Positions 22,154 through 32,962 are shown, counted from the whole stretch's first letter. The stretch is DNA of 61,137 nt, filler included, from 8 parts of 8 records of this genome joined end to end with filler, not necessarily neighbours in it; one strand, 5' to 3'. The notes: generated from the sequence alone by a model not told the origin. Numbers and translations: made by a program.

Positions 22154-22514
22154 ACCGGACTCGGAATATTTAACGTTAATACGGATTTCGTTTATTCATG
22201 ACCAAGGGTGACGTGAGTGAGCTGAGGGCATCGGTTAATTGCCGTAAAATATAAAATTACACCGATTGTCCCTTCAATTACAAGAAAAACATTGTCACGT
22301 AATTCAATATGAACCCCGGTCATGGTCGAGGGAATCTCCCATGATTTGTGGATTTTGTCCCGAGAAGTGATTATGATTTTGACGCATCGGGATTTGTGAT
22401 GTATTTTGGGCTCAAAAGAATAACTCATAAGAAACGGAGCCGTTTCTTTTTTTAAAGATCATCTCTTTCGGGTTGAAAACCGAAAGAATAGAATATCAAG
22501 GAGCTTGTAACACT

Positions 22515-22934
22515 ATGGACTTCTTTCAAGACCACTCACTGGAATATCTTGAAATGGCACTCAAAACCGATTTTCAAAAACGGCTGGAGCACCCGGACGG
22601 GTATGGAAAAAGAACCGGTGAGTGTGGGGATACGGTCGAATTTTTCATTAATCAAAAAGATGGTGAAATCAATGATATTTTCTATGATATCGATGGATGT
22701 AAAAATACCAATGCGTGTGCCAATACCGTGGTTAAACTGGCAGAGAAAATGCCCGTTGATGACTTATGGGAGCGGGTCACACCGGAGGCGGTGATCAATT
22801 TTCTAAAGACACTGCCCAATAATGAAACCCATTGTGCGGAACTTGCCGTTGGGGCGTTTTATCTTGCGTTAAAGGATTCGGAAAAATCCTTAAAACCGTC
22901 AGAAAAGATGACGGCAGTCTCTGTTCACTCATAA
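22515..22934 (+). CDS. NifU/IscU N-terminal-like Fe-S scaffold protein
   Basis: GECGDT, DGC..TNAC, HCAELA cysteine pattern. Confidence 0.8.
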   Translation: MDFFQDHSLEYLEMALKTDFQKRLEHPDGYGKRTGECGDTVEFFINQKDGEINDIFYDIDGCKNTNACANTVVKLAEKMPVDDLWERVTPEAVINFLKTLPNNETHCAELAVGAFYLALKDSEKSLKPSEKMTAVSVHS

Positions 22935-23658
22935 GTTGAGTTTTGGGGCCATTATCCCATTTTTTTGTTAACTGCATGTATGCCTCTCGAATTTCAATGA
23001 ATCGTTGATTGGCAAGTTCTTGCAGATCCTTTCCCAGGTGTGCCACCCGATCCGGGTGGTACGCCTTCACCGCTTTTCTATACGCCGATAGAATCTCTTC
23101 TTTTGATGCATTGGGCGGCACCCCCAATACTTCATGGGGAGTTTTGGCTCTCTTTGCCTTTCCTTGTGCGGTTGAGTCCCTTCTTCCGGAACTGCTTGTT
23201 CGCTCAGTATTACTTTTTTTGTTAAAATTGGTATTGCTGCCGGATTGATCGTGATGGTTCTCTCTGGAATAAAAGGCATTCCCGCTGGTGTGGGAGGAAG
23301 AGAACCCGGTACGGGAGTGTGAGTTTGCCTGATTTCCTTGACTTTTTCCTCTCCCTTGGTTTTGGCCGCTTCTACCGCGACTTTGATGGTTGGCTCCGGA
23401 TTGTTTTGAAAAGAATGGCTCTTTGTTCTGATTGAAAAAAGAAAATTTGGGGTTCTTTCCAAATGAGCGACCCAATGGTGTATTTTTAAGGAATCCCGGT
23501 AAACGTCCATTTTTAATGTAGTAAATGATCACTCCAACCAGAAACGCATCATCCAACCATCCCACATAGGGGAGAAGTAGATCCGGTATCAGATCCACCG
23601 GACTGATGAAATAGACGGCACCGATTAATCCCACCAGTACTTTATAATATGTACTCAT
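22795..23658 (-). CDS. DUF1232 (YkvA) membrane domain + low-complexity linker + C-terminal J domain (true 3' end probably nearer 22950)
   Basis: Y.ISPVDLIPD...GWLDD; PHEVLGV...AYR....YHPD. Confidence 0.8.
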   Translation of the reverse strand: MSTYYKVLVGLIGAVYFISPVDLIPDLLLPYVGWLDDAFLVGVIIYYIKNGRLPGFLKNTPLGRSFGKNPKFSFFNQNKEPFFSKQSGANHQSRGRSGQNQGRGKSQGNQANSHSRTGFSSSHTSGNAFYSRENHHDQSGSNTNFNKKSNTERTSSSGRRDSTAQGKAKRAKTPHEVLGVPPNASKEEILSAYRKAVKAYHPDRVAHLGKDLQELANQRFIEIREAYMQLTKKWDNGPKTQLMSEQRLPSSFLTVLRIFPNPLTQDKTPQRQVPHNGFHYWAVSLEN

Positions 23659-23709
23659 ACTTCCCCCTATTGTTCGAATAATACCGATAGACGTTTTCGG
23701 TGAATCTTT

Positions 23710-24567
23710 TTATCCCTTTAAAACGTCAATCATAGTGTAAATTGTTCCTGTTTTTTGCTTTTTGCCTTCACTGTTTTTATCTACCAACTTTTTATGCAAG
23801 AACAACACCGCATCCTGAGTCCCTTCCGAATAGATATCTCTTCCATTGATGTTATGTTTGAACTGAAATAGCTCCGTCCCTTTTGGAGAGGTAAGGGTAT
23901 AGGTATGCCAAGCATGACCGGTAATATGTTTTTCAGGAATTTTCCACTCATTTTTCTGACATTCGGGATCTCTCATTTTGATGATCTCATTTTCGGAAAA
24001 CGGAACTCCCAATTTATTATAGTAGGTGACCATGGCTTTGGCGGTCCCACTGGTGTCGGCTTTACCTTGTTGGTGGCTCTCCTTGATTTCAAGGGTGTAT
24101 CCTTTGAAGAGATCGGGAAAAGTGTTGGCGGCATACGCCATCATCGCCTGAAAGCCGACAATCTGTTTGGCCATATTGGGGGCAATCACTGCATGAATGC
24201 CTCCCTCAATCACAGTTTTTTCAAGCAAATCCCGGTCTCCGCCGGTGGTGCCCATGACAAACGGTAGGTGGTGGGTCACATAAAAGGCTGCATTGTCATT
24301 GACGGCGGTGGGGTGGGTAAAATCCACTGTGATGATCCCCGGGAATCTTTTTTTGATGTCATGAATGGCTTCTTCCCGTTGATTGGGTTTGAGAAGAGTC
24401 ACTTCAATCCCATTTAAATTAAATTGCGTCGGTTCAATTTCAGGACCCGTCAAAGAGTATGGTATCAGATCAAATTGCTCGCTCTCAATAAAGTGGGTGG
24501 CGATGGTTGCGGAGACATTGCCGGGGAGTCCGTTGATCATTACCGGAATGGGGGTGGATAAAGGCAT
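23710..24567 (-). CDS. dapB: Dihydrodipicolinate (HTPA) reductase, plant/deltaproteobacterial type
   Basis: NGLPG, VDFTHP, FVMGTTGG, APNM, ESHQ..KADTSGTA. Confidence 0.88.
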   Translation of the reverse strand: MPLSTPIPVMINGLPGNVSATIATHFIESEQFDLIPYSLTGPEIEPTQFNLNGIEVTLLKPNQREEAIHDIKKRFPGIITVDFTHPTAVNDNAAFYVTHHLPFVMGTTGGDRDLLEKTVIEGGIHAVIAPNMAKQIVGFQAMMAYAANTFPDLFKGYTLEIKESHQQGKADTSGTAKAMVTYYNKLGVPFSENEIIKMRDPECQKNEWKIPEKHITGHAWHTYTLTSPKGTELFQFKHNINGRDIYSEGTQDAVLFLHKKLVDKNSEGKKQKTGTIYTMIDVLKG

Positions 24568-24715
24568 ATTTAAACTCCTAATAAGTGTTTATTTTTATTG
24601 AAAAGTCTCCATAAATTGCTGTAATAAAAAAATTTCATGCATTGTTGTGATGCACCGGCAAACATGGAGTTTTATATGAATCTCTCACGGTCAATGCGTT
24701 GTGAGTTTTCATTCT

Positions 24716-24815
24716 NNNNNNNNNNNNNNNNNNNNNNNNNNNNNNNNNNNNNNNNNNNNTTAATTAATTAANNNNNNNNNNNNNNNNNNNNNNNNNNNNN
24801 NNNNNNNNNNNNNNN
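24716..24815. other. Artificial contig linker 3
   Basis: N44-TTAATTAATTAA-N44. Confidence 0.98.
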
Positions 24816-24817
24816 CA

Positions 24818-25747
24818 TCTTATAGAATTGCGTTATTTGTCTCACTGATTCTTCATGTACTCATCCTTCTTGCATACAAACCGCTGTCTGGTATTTCGAG
24901 TTTGTTTCCTATGGCAAAAATGGATGAACCTGAGGCTTCAGAGCCTTTGGTTTTTGAGTTTGAGCAGCCCAACAATATAGAATTAGTCGAAACCCCGGAT
25001 GAGGCAGCTGTTGAGAATCCGCCGGATAATGCCATGTTTGCCTCAGATAAAAATGCCCGGGCTCAGGATGAGTATGAAGGAACTGATCTTGAGAAAGGAT
25101 TGGCGTACAGTGATGGCCAGAGTGAGTACAAATTATTTGCTGGTGGAGATAATCAACCGGTCATGATGAATGAGCAATCTGTTCAAGATCAAGCGGAATC
25201 TACCGAGCAAGAAAATAATGATCCTGCGCAAGAGGAAAAACAAGAGGATATTGATCCTAATTGGGATGGCGTTCAAATAGTTGACAAGACCGAACCAAAA
25301 GTAGGAACGAAACGGTTTACAAAAGAATTATTAGGTGGATTTTCAGGACAACGGGCCGGACTGGATAAGAATTTTTCTGATGATGTCAATTGGAACAATA
25401 AAAAATTTAGCGCAGAAGATTTGGGCGGAGTTTCACTTAATACTTATGCCTGGGATTTTGCTCCTTATATTTTATATATGAAAAAAAGAATTCGTAACCA
25501 TACCTACCCCCCACCTGCATTTACACAAATGGGTGCTATCAGTGGTGAGGTCGTTATTCGTTTTAAGGTTCATCCCGATGGCTCCATAAGTGAATTGCAC
25601 ATGGTTGAGTACAAAGGTCACAAGGCATTGGTAGAGACAAGTTTGAATGCCGTCAAAGCCTCCAATCCATTTCGTGAACTGCCAAGGGACTTTCCTGAAA
25701 ATTTTTTGGAATTAACATGGATATTTATATATTCCATTCTTAGATAA
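24818..25747 (+). CDS. Energy transducer TonB-family protein, 5'-truncated
   Basis: TM segment VSLILHVL (S..LH motif), acidic linker, C-terminal YP..A...G.V.IRF.V..DG...PF..LP; upstream of exbB/exbD. Confidence 0.8.
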   Translation, partial: SYRIALFVSLILHVLILLAYKPLSGISSLFPMAKMDEPEASEPLVFEFEQPNNIELVETPDEAAVENPPDNAMFASDKNARAQDEYEGTDLEKGLAYSDGQSEYKLFAGGDNQPVMMNEQSVQDQAESTEQENNDPAQEEKQEDIDPNWDGVQIVDKTEPKVGTKRFTKELLGGFSGQRAGLDKNFSDDVNWNNKKFSAEDLGGVSLNTYAWDFAPYILYMKKRIRNHTYPPPAFTQMGAISGEVVIRFKVHPDGSISELHMVEYKGHKALVETSLNAVKASNPFRELPRDFPENFLELTWIFIYSILR

Positions 25748-25791
25748 ATTACTGTAAAAATGAGTCGTATTAGGGAAGGATTTGCTGCTGC

Positions 25792-26421
25792 ATGGGAGAA
25801 ATGATTTCTTATTTGTCCAGGGGTGGAGTCGTTATGATTCCGCTTATTCTTTGTTCTGTTTTAGGCCTGGCGCTTGTTATAGAAAAAGCCGTTAGCTTGA
25901 GACGTAAAAAAATATTGGTTCCGGAGATTATTTCCGTCATAGAGTCTATTTCAAGTACGGAAGACATTAAACTTGCCACCAGTATTTGTGAAAGAAATTC
26001 AGGACCTTTTGCAAATATCATATTAGCCGGGTTACATAGCCAAAATTTACCGCAAGAGGAAATAAAAGAGATTATTACTGATCAGGGTCGTCAGGAAGTA
26101 AGAGAGTTGGAACGTGGATTACCTGTTCTTGAGACGATTGCCAGTATTTCAACATTGTTAGGTCTTTTAGGCACTGTTATCGGTATGATCAAAGTTTTTA
26201 CTGTCATCTCCATACAAGGTGCAGGCCAGGCAAGCTTGCTGGCAGGAGGTATTTCAGAAGCGCTTATCACTACAGCAACAGGTCTTTCCATAGGCATTCC
26301 GGTCCTCGTTGCATTTAATTACTATACAAATCGAGCTGAAAATCTTATTCTTGATATCGAAAAGTATTCGTCACGGTTTTTACAAAAGACAAGGCTCATT
26401 CAGAATCATAACGCGAGTTAA
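25792..26421 (+). CDS. exbB: MotA/TolQ/ExbB proton channel
   Basis: LLGLLGTV.GMI..F and GISEALITTA.GL motifs. Confidence 0.88.
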   Translation: MGEMISYLSRGGVVMIPLILCSVLGLALVIEKAVSLRRKKILVPEIISVIESISSTEDIKLATSICERNSGPFANIILAGLHSQNLPQEEIKEIITDQGRQEVRELERGLPVLETIASISTLLGLLGTVIGMIKVFTVISIQGAGQASLLAGGISEALITTATGLSIGIPVLVAFNYYTNRAENLILDIEKYSSRFLQKTRLIQNHNAS

Positions 26422-26424
26422 AAA

Positions 26425-26827
26425 GTGCAGTTTAAAGAGAAAAAAGAAGGGAATGGGTATAAATATTACGACATTGATTGATGTCATGTTTATACTTTTA
26501 ATTTTTTTCATGGTAACGTCCAGTTTTATTGAACAACCTGGTATGAAACTTGAATTGCCAACCACCAAGAGTAAAGATGTCGCACGTGTGGAAAAGCTGA
26601 TTGTGTTTATCGCTGAGGATGGCAAGATATCATTAAATGATCGTGCGGTTTCCATTGATAGTCTGAGTGCAGCTATTAAATTACTTGTACCGCAGGCTGA
26701 AGAAAAAACGCTTATTTTAAAAGCGGACAAGGCTTCAGAGCATGGACTGGTTGTTCAAGTAATGGATATTGCCAAACAAGCTGGTTTGAATAAACTCGTG
26801 ATTGGTACACGAGTCAATGGAAATTGA
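26425..26827 (+). CDS. exbD: ExbD/TolR; probable GTG start at 26425 with a frameshift in the A6 run 26440-26445
   Basis: INITTLIDVMFILLIFFMV, LKADK...VV.VMD.AK.AG. Confidence 0.85.
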
Positions 26828-27037
26828 AAAATCCAGTGATGTAGCTACTTTTTCTATAGTATTGTTGGGGATTCTTCTGTAAAATGACATTTTCAATGTT
26901 GTATTTGTTTTATGACCGGGAATGTTTTCAATATTGTTTTCATTGTTGTTCCTGATCGATTGCAAAGAAAAATAATTCTTGTTTTAATATCTTAAATATT
27001 ATGAAACTTTTTTTTGAAAAATCTGTAAATAAAAGTT

Positions 27038-28587
27038 ATGGACATCTTTGAAACAAATAACGGCGAACTCATTTCCAGGCTGGCTGATGCAAGCGATGAA
27101 TTGTCAAAACTCAAAAATATACATACTTTTACTCAGCAAGCTGTAACAAACGTGTGTCACTTGTTGGAGGCAACATGTGCCTCATTTATGTTGTTTGATT
27201 GGAAAACGCTCGAGTTTGTGTTTGAAAAAAGAACATGGGAATTATCCGAAAATCCGTCGCAGCCACGTATTGAAATTAATGAAAATTTACCCTATTTGTT
27301 ACACGAAGGTGGTGAAATTCTTTCATTTATTTTTCAAGAGCAGCAAAGGTTTGTTGTTTTATATGATCCCATTGAAAGTCATAGATATAGTTATGAAATA
27401 AGGATTCCATGTGCCCTTGCAGATCGTCACATTGGTGTTTTGAGTTTAGGCCTAAAGGAATCCGGCATAGATTATACGGCAGTAGAAATTGACGCCTTGA
27501 GAGTTTTTACCAATTTTTTATCCCTCAGTTGCTCACAACTTGATTTGTTTCCGCAAGAAAAAGACAAAAAAGGTGCAGGAATTCCCAGCGAAATGGAGAA
27601 ATTACGCATCCGGTTGTTTTACAGCCGCATATTTTAAAAAAGAATGAAAAAGGGACAGCTATTCTTAGCGAATCTCCGGCCATGAAGGAAATTACGGAAC
27701 TGGTCGATCGGATTGCTTTGGAAGATGTCTCGATATTGATCACAGGCGAGAGTGGAACCGGAAAAGAATTGATTGCCAGGGCCATTCATCAAAAAAGCAG
27801 GAGAAATAATCGTCCTCTTGTCGCTATGAATTGTGCCGCATTACCAGATTCTCTGGTTGAAAGTGAGCTTTTTGGTTTTGAAAAAGGTGCTTTTACCGGA
27901 GCTGCATCACAAAGAAAGGGAAAGTTTGAGTTTGCAGATGGTTCCTCTCTTTTTCTGGATGAAATTGGCGATATGAGTCTTCAAACACAGGCTAAGCTTT
28001 TAAGGGTGCTTCAGGATGGAACGTTCCAGCGTGTTGGTGGTAACCAAACGTTATACTCGGATGTTCGACTGATAGCTGCAACAAATAAGGATCTGAGCCA
28101 ATGTATAAAAAATGGTGAATTTCGTGAAGATCTTTATTACCGGATTAATGTGGTGCAAATACAGATTCCTCCTCTTCGAGAGCGCAAAGAGGATGTGAAA
28201 GCACTCGCTTTATATTATTTTGATCATTTTACCAGGATATATAAAAGACATTTGCTCCGGATCCATGACAGTGCAATGGAGTGGTTGCTAACTTATGATT
28301 TCCCGGGGAATGTTCGAGAGTTGAGAAATATTATTGAACGATCCGTAATTATGGAACGAAATAATGAGCTCACTGTAGATGTGATGCCGACCTCGTTAAA
28401 TCGTGTCATACAGCCAGGCATGTTGTCACAGGAAAATATAACTCTTGAAGAGATGGAAAAAAGACACATAAAGAGAATTATAGAGCAAGTAAACTATAAT
28501 AAAAGTGCGGCTTCGCGATTGCTGGGCATTGCAAGAAAAACGTTGCGTGAAAAAATGGAAAAATATCATATACAAAATGAGGCTTGA
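27038..28587 (+). CDS. Sigma-54 enhancer-binding protein with N-terminal GAF-like domain; probably one gene frameshifted near the A-runs at 27558-27571
   Basis: GESGTGKE, GAFTGA, FLDEIG, PGNVREL, Fis-type HTH; the AAA+ frame is open from 27544 and overlaps the GAF-like ORF 27038-27637. Confidence 0.8.
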
Positions 28588-28622
28588 TTTTAGAGTGCTC
28601 AAGTCAATATTAAGGACAATTT

Positions 28623-28661
28623 AAAAAAAGAGAGCCGGTTTAAATCCGGCTCTCTTTTTTT
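28623..28661. terminator. Bidirectional intrinsic terminator
   Basis: AAAAAAAGAGAGCCGG-TTTAAAT-CCGGCTCTCTTTTTTT between convergent genes. Confidence 0.85.
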
Positions 28662-28674
28662 ATTATCCGTTTTT

Positions 28675-30660
28675 TTATTCTGCTTTTTTCGAATCCCAAA
28701 GCATATAAGCACATAAGCAGATGAAACATGCCAGCGCTAATAGTTGACCTCCATGGCTTTCTGCCCACTCGACAGCCAGGATAGGTTGAACGGCTGAAAG
28801 TTTGTCAAAACCAACAAATTTTAAAAAGGCTGAAACAACTCCCATAATGGCCCCACCTGCAATGAATCCGGACGCGATCAATGTGCCGCGTTCTTTACGT
28901 TTTGAGCTCAGATCCGCATTTTTAGTGCTTTTAATGACAAAGTGAGAGATAATACCACCAGCCAGGATCGGTGTATTCAGTTCGAGAGGTATATACATAC
29001 CCAGGGCAAAGGCCAGAGGTGGTACCCCGATCATTTCAAGGACAAGCGCAAAAATAGCACCAACAACGTATAACATCCAGGGCGCAGGCTGGTTTGACAT
29101 CAACGGTTTGATAACAGCAGCCATTGCATTTGCCTGTGGTGCGACCAGAGAACCTTCACCAACAAAACCATAAGTTTCATTTAACATCATGATAACCAGT
29201 CCAACGGATGCAGAGGCAACCAGAGTGCCCAGGAATTTGTATTTCTGTTGATTTGCAGGTGTCGTGCCGAGCCAATAACCAATTTTCAGATCTGTTATAA
29301 AGCCCCCGGCCATGGATAAAGCTGTGCAAACGACGCCACCGATTATCAAAGCGGAAACCATGCCAGCCGGGCCTGATAGACCCACTTTGACGAGAATGAC
29401 AGATGAGAGAATGAGTGTCATTAATGTCATTCCTGAAACAGGATTGGTGCCGACAATGGCGATGGCTCTTGCCGCAACCGTAGTAAATAAAAACGCGATG
29501 ATCAGGACAATCAACAAGCCGACAATCGCATGACTAAGGCTACTGACAACACCGAATTTGAAAAAGATGAAAATCAGTATTGCAACAGCAACGATAAGGC
29601 CTCCGACAAGGCCCATGGGCAAGTCCAGACTGGTGCGTGTCTTATCGTTATGGCCAAGACTCTTGCTGCCTGCTATTTCCATCCAGGCCAGTTTAAGAGC
29701 TCCACCGATAATTTTGGAGGATTTTAAAATACCTAATATACCTGCGGCAGCGATGCCACCAATACCGATATGGCGAACATAGGTAGAAAAAATTTGTTCG
29801 GCTGACATATTCGCAATCAGATCTGTGGCGGTGCTACCAACCATAACAGTAATATGTTGACCGAAATAAGAAACGACAGGTATAAAGACAAACCATGAAA
29901 CAAATGATCCTGCCGCAATGATAGCCGCGTATTTTAACCCAACAATGTATCCAAGTCCCATAACCGCAGCTCCGACATTGAGCCGAAAGACAATTTTTGC
30001 ATTGTCCGCAAGACCTGTCAGGAATGGTATCGCTCGACTCTCAAAAACTTCACTCCACCAATGAAATGTGCCAATGATAAAATCATAAATTCCACCAATG
30101 GCCATGGCTTTTAATAAAATTTTTGCTTGATCACCACCAGCTTCTCCAGCAACCAGTACTTCGGTCGTTGCAGTGGCTTCCGGGAAGGGGAATTGTCCAT
30201 GCATTTCCTGAACAAAATATTTTCTGAATGGTATCATGAAAAGAATTCCCAGGAATCCGCCAAAAAGTGAAGCAAAGAAAATCTGGAAAAATTTGGCTTC
30301 CAGATTTAATATATAAATTGCCGGGATTGTAAAGATTGCCCCGGCTACCACCACGCCGGAAGCGGCACCGATTGATTGAATAATCACATTTTCCGATAAA
30401 GCATTCTTGCGTTTTGTAAAAACCGAGGTGCCAACTGCCAGAATAGCAATAGGAATAGCTGCTTCAAATACCTGGCCAATTTTTAAACCAAGGTAAGCTG
30501 CAGCCATTGAAAATAAAGCGGAGTAAAACAGACCCCAAATAAGAGAATAAGGGGTTATTTCTTTCAGAGGTTTGTCATCCGGTACAATGGGATAGTATAT
30601 TTCGCCATCTTTTAAAGGCCGGTACGCATTTTCCGGAAGAGAAGTTTTGGTGGGTTCCAT
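28675..30660 (-). CDS. OPT-family (YSL-like) oligopeptide/metal-chelate transporter
   Basis: YLGLKIG...AAIP, FPEATA, DLKIGYWLG.TP, APQAN motifs; many TM helices. Confidence 0.92.
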   Translation of the reverse strand: MEPTKTSLPENAYRPLKDGEIYYPIVPDDKPLKEITPYSLIWGLFYSALFSMAAAYLGLKIGQVFEAAIPIAILAVGTSVFTKRKNALSENVIIQSIGAASGVVVAGAIFTIPAIYILNLEAKFFQIFFASLFGGFLGILFMIPFRKYFVQEMHGQFPFPEATATTEVLVAGEAGGDQAKILLKAMAIGGIYDFIIGTFHWWSEVFESRAIPFLTGLADNAKIVFRLNVGAAVMGLGYIVGLKYAAIIAAGSFVSWFVFIPVVSYFGQHITVMVGSTATDLIANMSAEQIFSTYVRHIGIGGIAAAGILGILKSSKIIGGALKLAWMEIAGSKSLGHNDKTRTSLDLPMGLVGGLIVAVAILIFIFFKFGVVSSLSHAIVGLLIVLIIAFLFTTVAARAIAIVGTNPVSGMTLMTLILSSVILVKVGLSGPAGMVSALIIGGVVCTALSMAGGFITDLKIGYWLGTTPANQQKYKFLGTLVASASVGLVIMMLNETYGFVGEGSLVAPQANAMAAVIKPLMSNQPAPWMLYVVGAIFALVLEMIGVPPLAFALGMYIPLELNTPILAGGIISHFVIKSTKNADLSSKRKERGTLIASGFIAGGAIMGVVSAFLKFVGFDKLSAVQPILAVEWAESHGGQLLALACFICLCAYMLWDSKKAE

Positions 30661-30977
30661 TAGGTTTCCTTCCCGAATCAAAAGGTTAGTATTGTTTTCG
30701 GTTAATTAAAATCCAGTAAATATAGAAATTAAGGTTCGATATTGCAAGTGGAAAGTGAAAGGCTGAGTGCAGGATTGTTCAAATCTCTTGATTGGTATAA
30801 AATTAATAATATCAAGAGTTTGGCGATAATTGCGTTTTGTGAGATACGGCAGCCTTGAAAGGGATCTTTAAGTATCAGAGTCAAACTCGAAGAATCGTGA
30901 ATGAATAACAAATTTTGATTTTAATGTTAAAGTTTGTATATTTTATTAATAAATGATTCTGATGGAAAGGATATAAA

Positions 30978-31715
30978 GTGCGAAAAAAATTTATAATATT
31001 ACTTTTTGTAATGTCTGCCTTGTTTTTTATCTTGTGTGGGCAGAATTCGGTTAACGGTGTTCTTAATGAACAGGTCACATTTGCTCTAAATGAAAGTATA
31101 CAAATGAGTGGGGAACTGTTTTATCCTTCTGAGGAAGGTGTGTTTCCTGTTCTTATTATAGCACCGGAAAAAAGCACTCATAACGAAATCTGGAATGATT
31201 TTGCCAGAAAAATTTCTATAAAAAAAGTTCGTGTGCTTGTTCTGGGGGCAGATGCTGGTAGTCACGATGACCAGCAGAATAGCATGGTCACGTTATCGCA
31301 AAGGATAACAGCGGCTATCACGTATTTGCATCGCGAAAAAGCAATACCAGTACAAAAAATGGCACTTTTGGGAGATGGCATTGGTGGTCTGGCCGCTATT
31401 CAGACAGCCATTCAGGATTCATTAATTGCTGCTGTCATTGTAACGAATCCACCTGCAAGCTATAAAGATGTCGACATTTCACAATTATATCGACAACTGA
31501 ATGGCAGGCCTTTTTTACTGATCGCTTCACAAAAAGAAAATATAGCCCCTTCTCAGGAGATACAACAATGTTTTGATGCGGCGAAAGATCCAAAAAAGAT
31601 AGTCTGGTTGGCCAGCGATAAACGTGGTGTCGAATTGCTTGCAACTGATATGGAGCCCATCGTTCGTCGAACATGTTTAATGCATCTGGATCGGTTTGTG
31701 AGAAACAAAAAATAA
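30978..31715 (+). CDS. Secreted alpha/beta-hydrolase-fold protein lacking a canonical catalytic triad
   Basis: Signal peptide; dienelactone-hydrolase-like layout; elbow reads GDGIGG rather than GxSxG. Confidence 0.6.
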   Translation: MRKKFIILLFVMSALFFILCGQNSVNGVLNEQVTFALNESIQMSGELFYPSEEGVFPVLIIAPEKSTHNEIWNDFARKISIKKVRVLVLGADAGSHDDQQNSMVTLSQRITAAITYLHREKAIPVQKMALLGDGIGGLAAIQTAIQDSLIAAVIVTNPPASYKDVDISQLYRQLNGRPFLLIASQKENIAPSQEIQQCFDAAKDPKKIVWLASDKRGVELLATDMEPIVRRTCLMHLDRFVRNKK

Positions 31716-32024
31716 AAGTATGGATTTGTATTAAAAGTATTTATTGCAGAGAATTAGCTAAATAAACCATAATGGGTTAAAATTTTTAATGTTGTATAAA
31801 AGTACCTCGAGCCTGCAAATCCTTCCTTACCCTCATCACTCACTTTTTGACTTTTGATACAATTTTATAACTCGTCTGTCAGGCTGGAAAAAATATTCCC
31901 GGGAAGATTTTTTTAGCTCCTCCTCTTTTTTTTATTCTGCATTTGTCATTATTATTTTCATCCTATTTTAGTCAAATAAATTTATAGTTCCGATGAAAAA
32001 AATATTTCGGCATAACTTTTAATA

Positions 32025-32040
32025 TGGCGTGAGGTTTGCA
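32025..32040 (+). promoter_or_regulatory. Candidate sigma-54 promoter
   Basis: TGGCGTGAGGTTTGCA, GG-N10-GC. Confidence 0.5.
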
Positions 32041-32326
32041 GTAAGACACACAGGAAGTAAAGAGAAAAATTAATCTCAAACAGGTCATTTGGACGTTTTA
32101 TGGCAAATGTGTAAATGAATATTAATTATCGTTTTGCGATGAAGTGGATTTCGTGTTTTATGCATTAAAAAGTTTTATGGTGTGGCTTTAATGTCTTTGT
32201 CAAAAAATATTTCCACAGTGACTTTTTTTTGTGTCACTTTTAGAAAATATTTGATTGATCAAAGAGGATTTTACAATCTCAAATTAAATTGGGCTAGTGT
32301 GTTTTTTATTGTGTGGGGTAAGGGTT

Positions 32327-32736
32327 ATGGTAAAGAAAAGTGTTTATTTGATTTATTTCTTATTTCTGATTTTTAATCTCAGTTGCGGGGATGATGGAGA
32401 TGAGATTCTTGGAACTGTTGATGATATTGAAATCTCCTCGCCCCAAATGCTGGCGGATGGGGTTTCCTCGGCGCTTATAAAGGCAAAAATTTCTGACTCT
32501 GAGGGCAATGTTCGGTCTGGTTTAAAAGTCAGTTTTAGCACGACTCACGGTTCCATTACAGAATCAGAAGTTTCTGATAATGCCGGCTATGTTTACGCAA
32601 CCTTGACCAGTTGTGCAAGTGAAGTCGATATCCAATCAAGTATTACAGCGGTTGTTACGGATACAAGTGATGGCCTGAAGAAAAGCAATAGTACATATTA
32701 TTTTATTGATATGGAAATGCCTGGCTTTCGGGCTCC
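32327..32736 (+). CDS. Lipoprotein with bacterial Ig-like (Big_1/invasin-type) domain, 3'-truncated
   Basis: LSC lipobox; ADG.S...I.A...D..GN...V.F.T..G.....D..G...ATLTS. Confidence 0.7.
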
Positions 32737-32836
32737 NNNNNNNNNNNNNNNNNNNNNNNNNNNNNNNNNNNNNNNNNNNNTTAATTAATTAANNNNNNNN
32801 NNNNNNNNNNNNNNNNNNNNNNNNNNNNNNNNNNNN
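32737..32836. other. Artificial contig linker 4
   Basis: N44-TTAATTAATTAA-N44. Confidence 0.98.
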
Positions 32837-32962
32837 GCTCTTGACTAAAAAATCGGGGGTACCCTGCACCGAATTATCCATTGATTCTTGTTATATTTAT
32901 TCTTAAAATAATTAATTTAATTATTTGGGATTTACTCATATATTAGATTGTATTATACGACC

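Noticed and set aside
22795-22934. 140-nt convergent overlap between the J-domain gene and the NifU-like gene
   Set aside because: Probably read-through from a miscalled T7 run near 22960; one extra base gives a stop right after the J domain
24568-24715. Lysine riboswitch upstream of dapB
   Set aside because: No recognisable L-box core, and the region is cut by a linker
30811-30870. SAM-I riboswitch (ATCAAGAG...CGGCAGCC)
   Set aside because: P2/kink-turn, GGTGC and the closing P1 strand are not convincing; kept only as an unclassified structure
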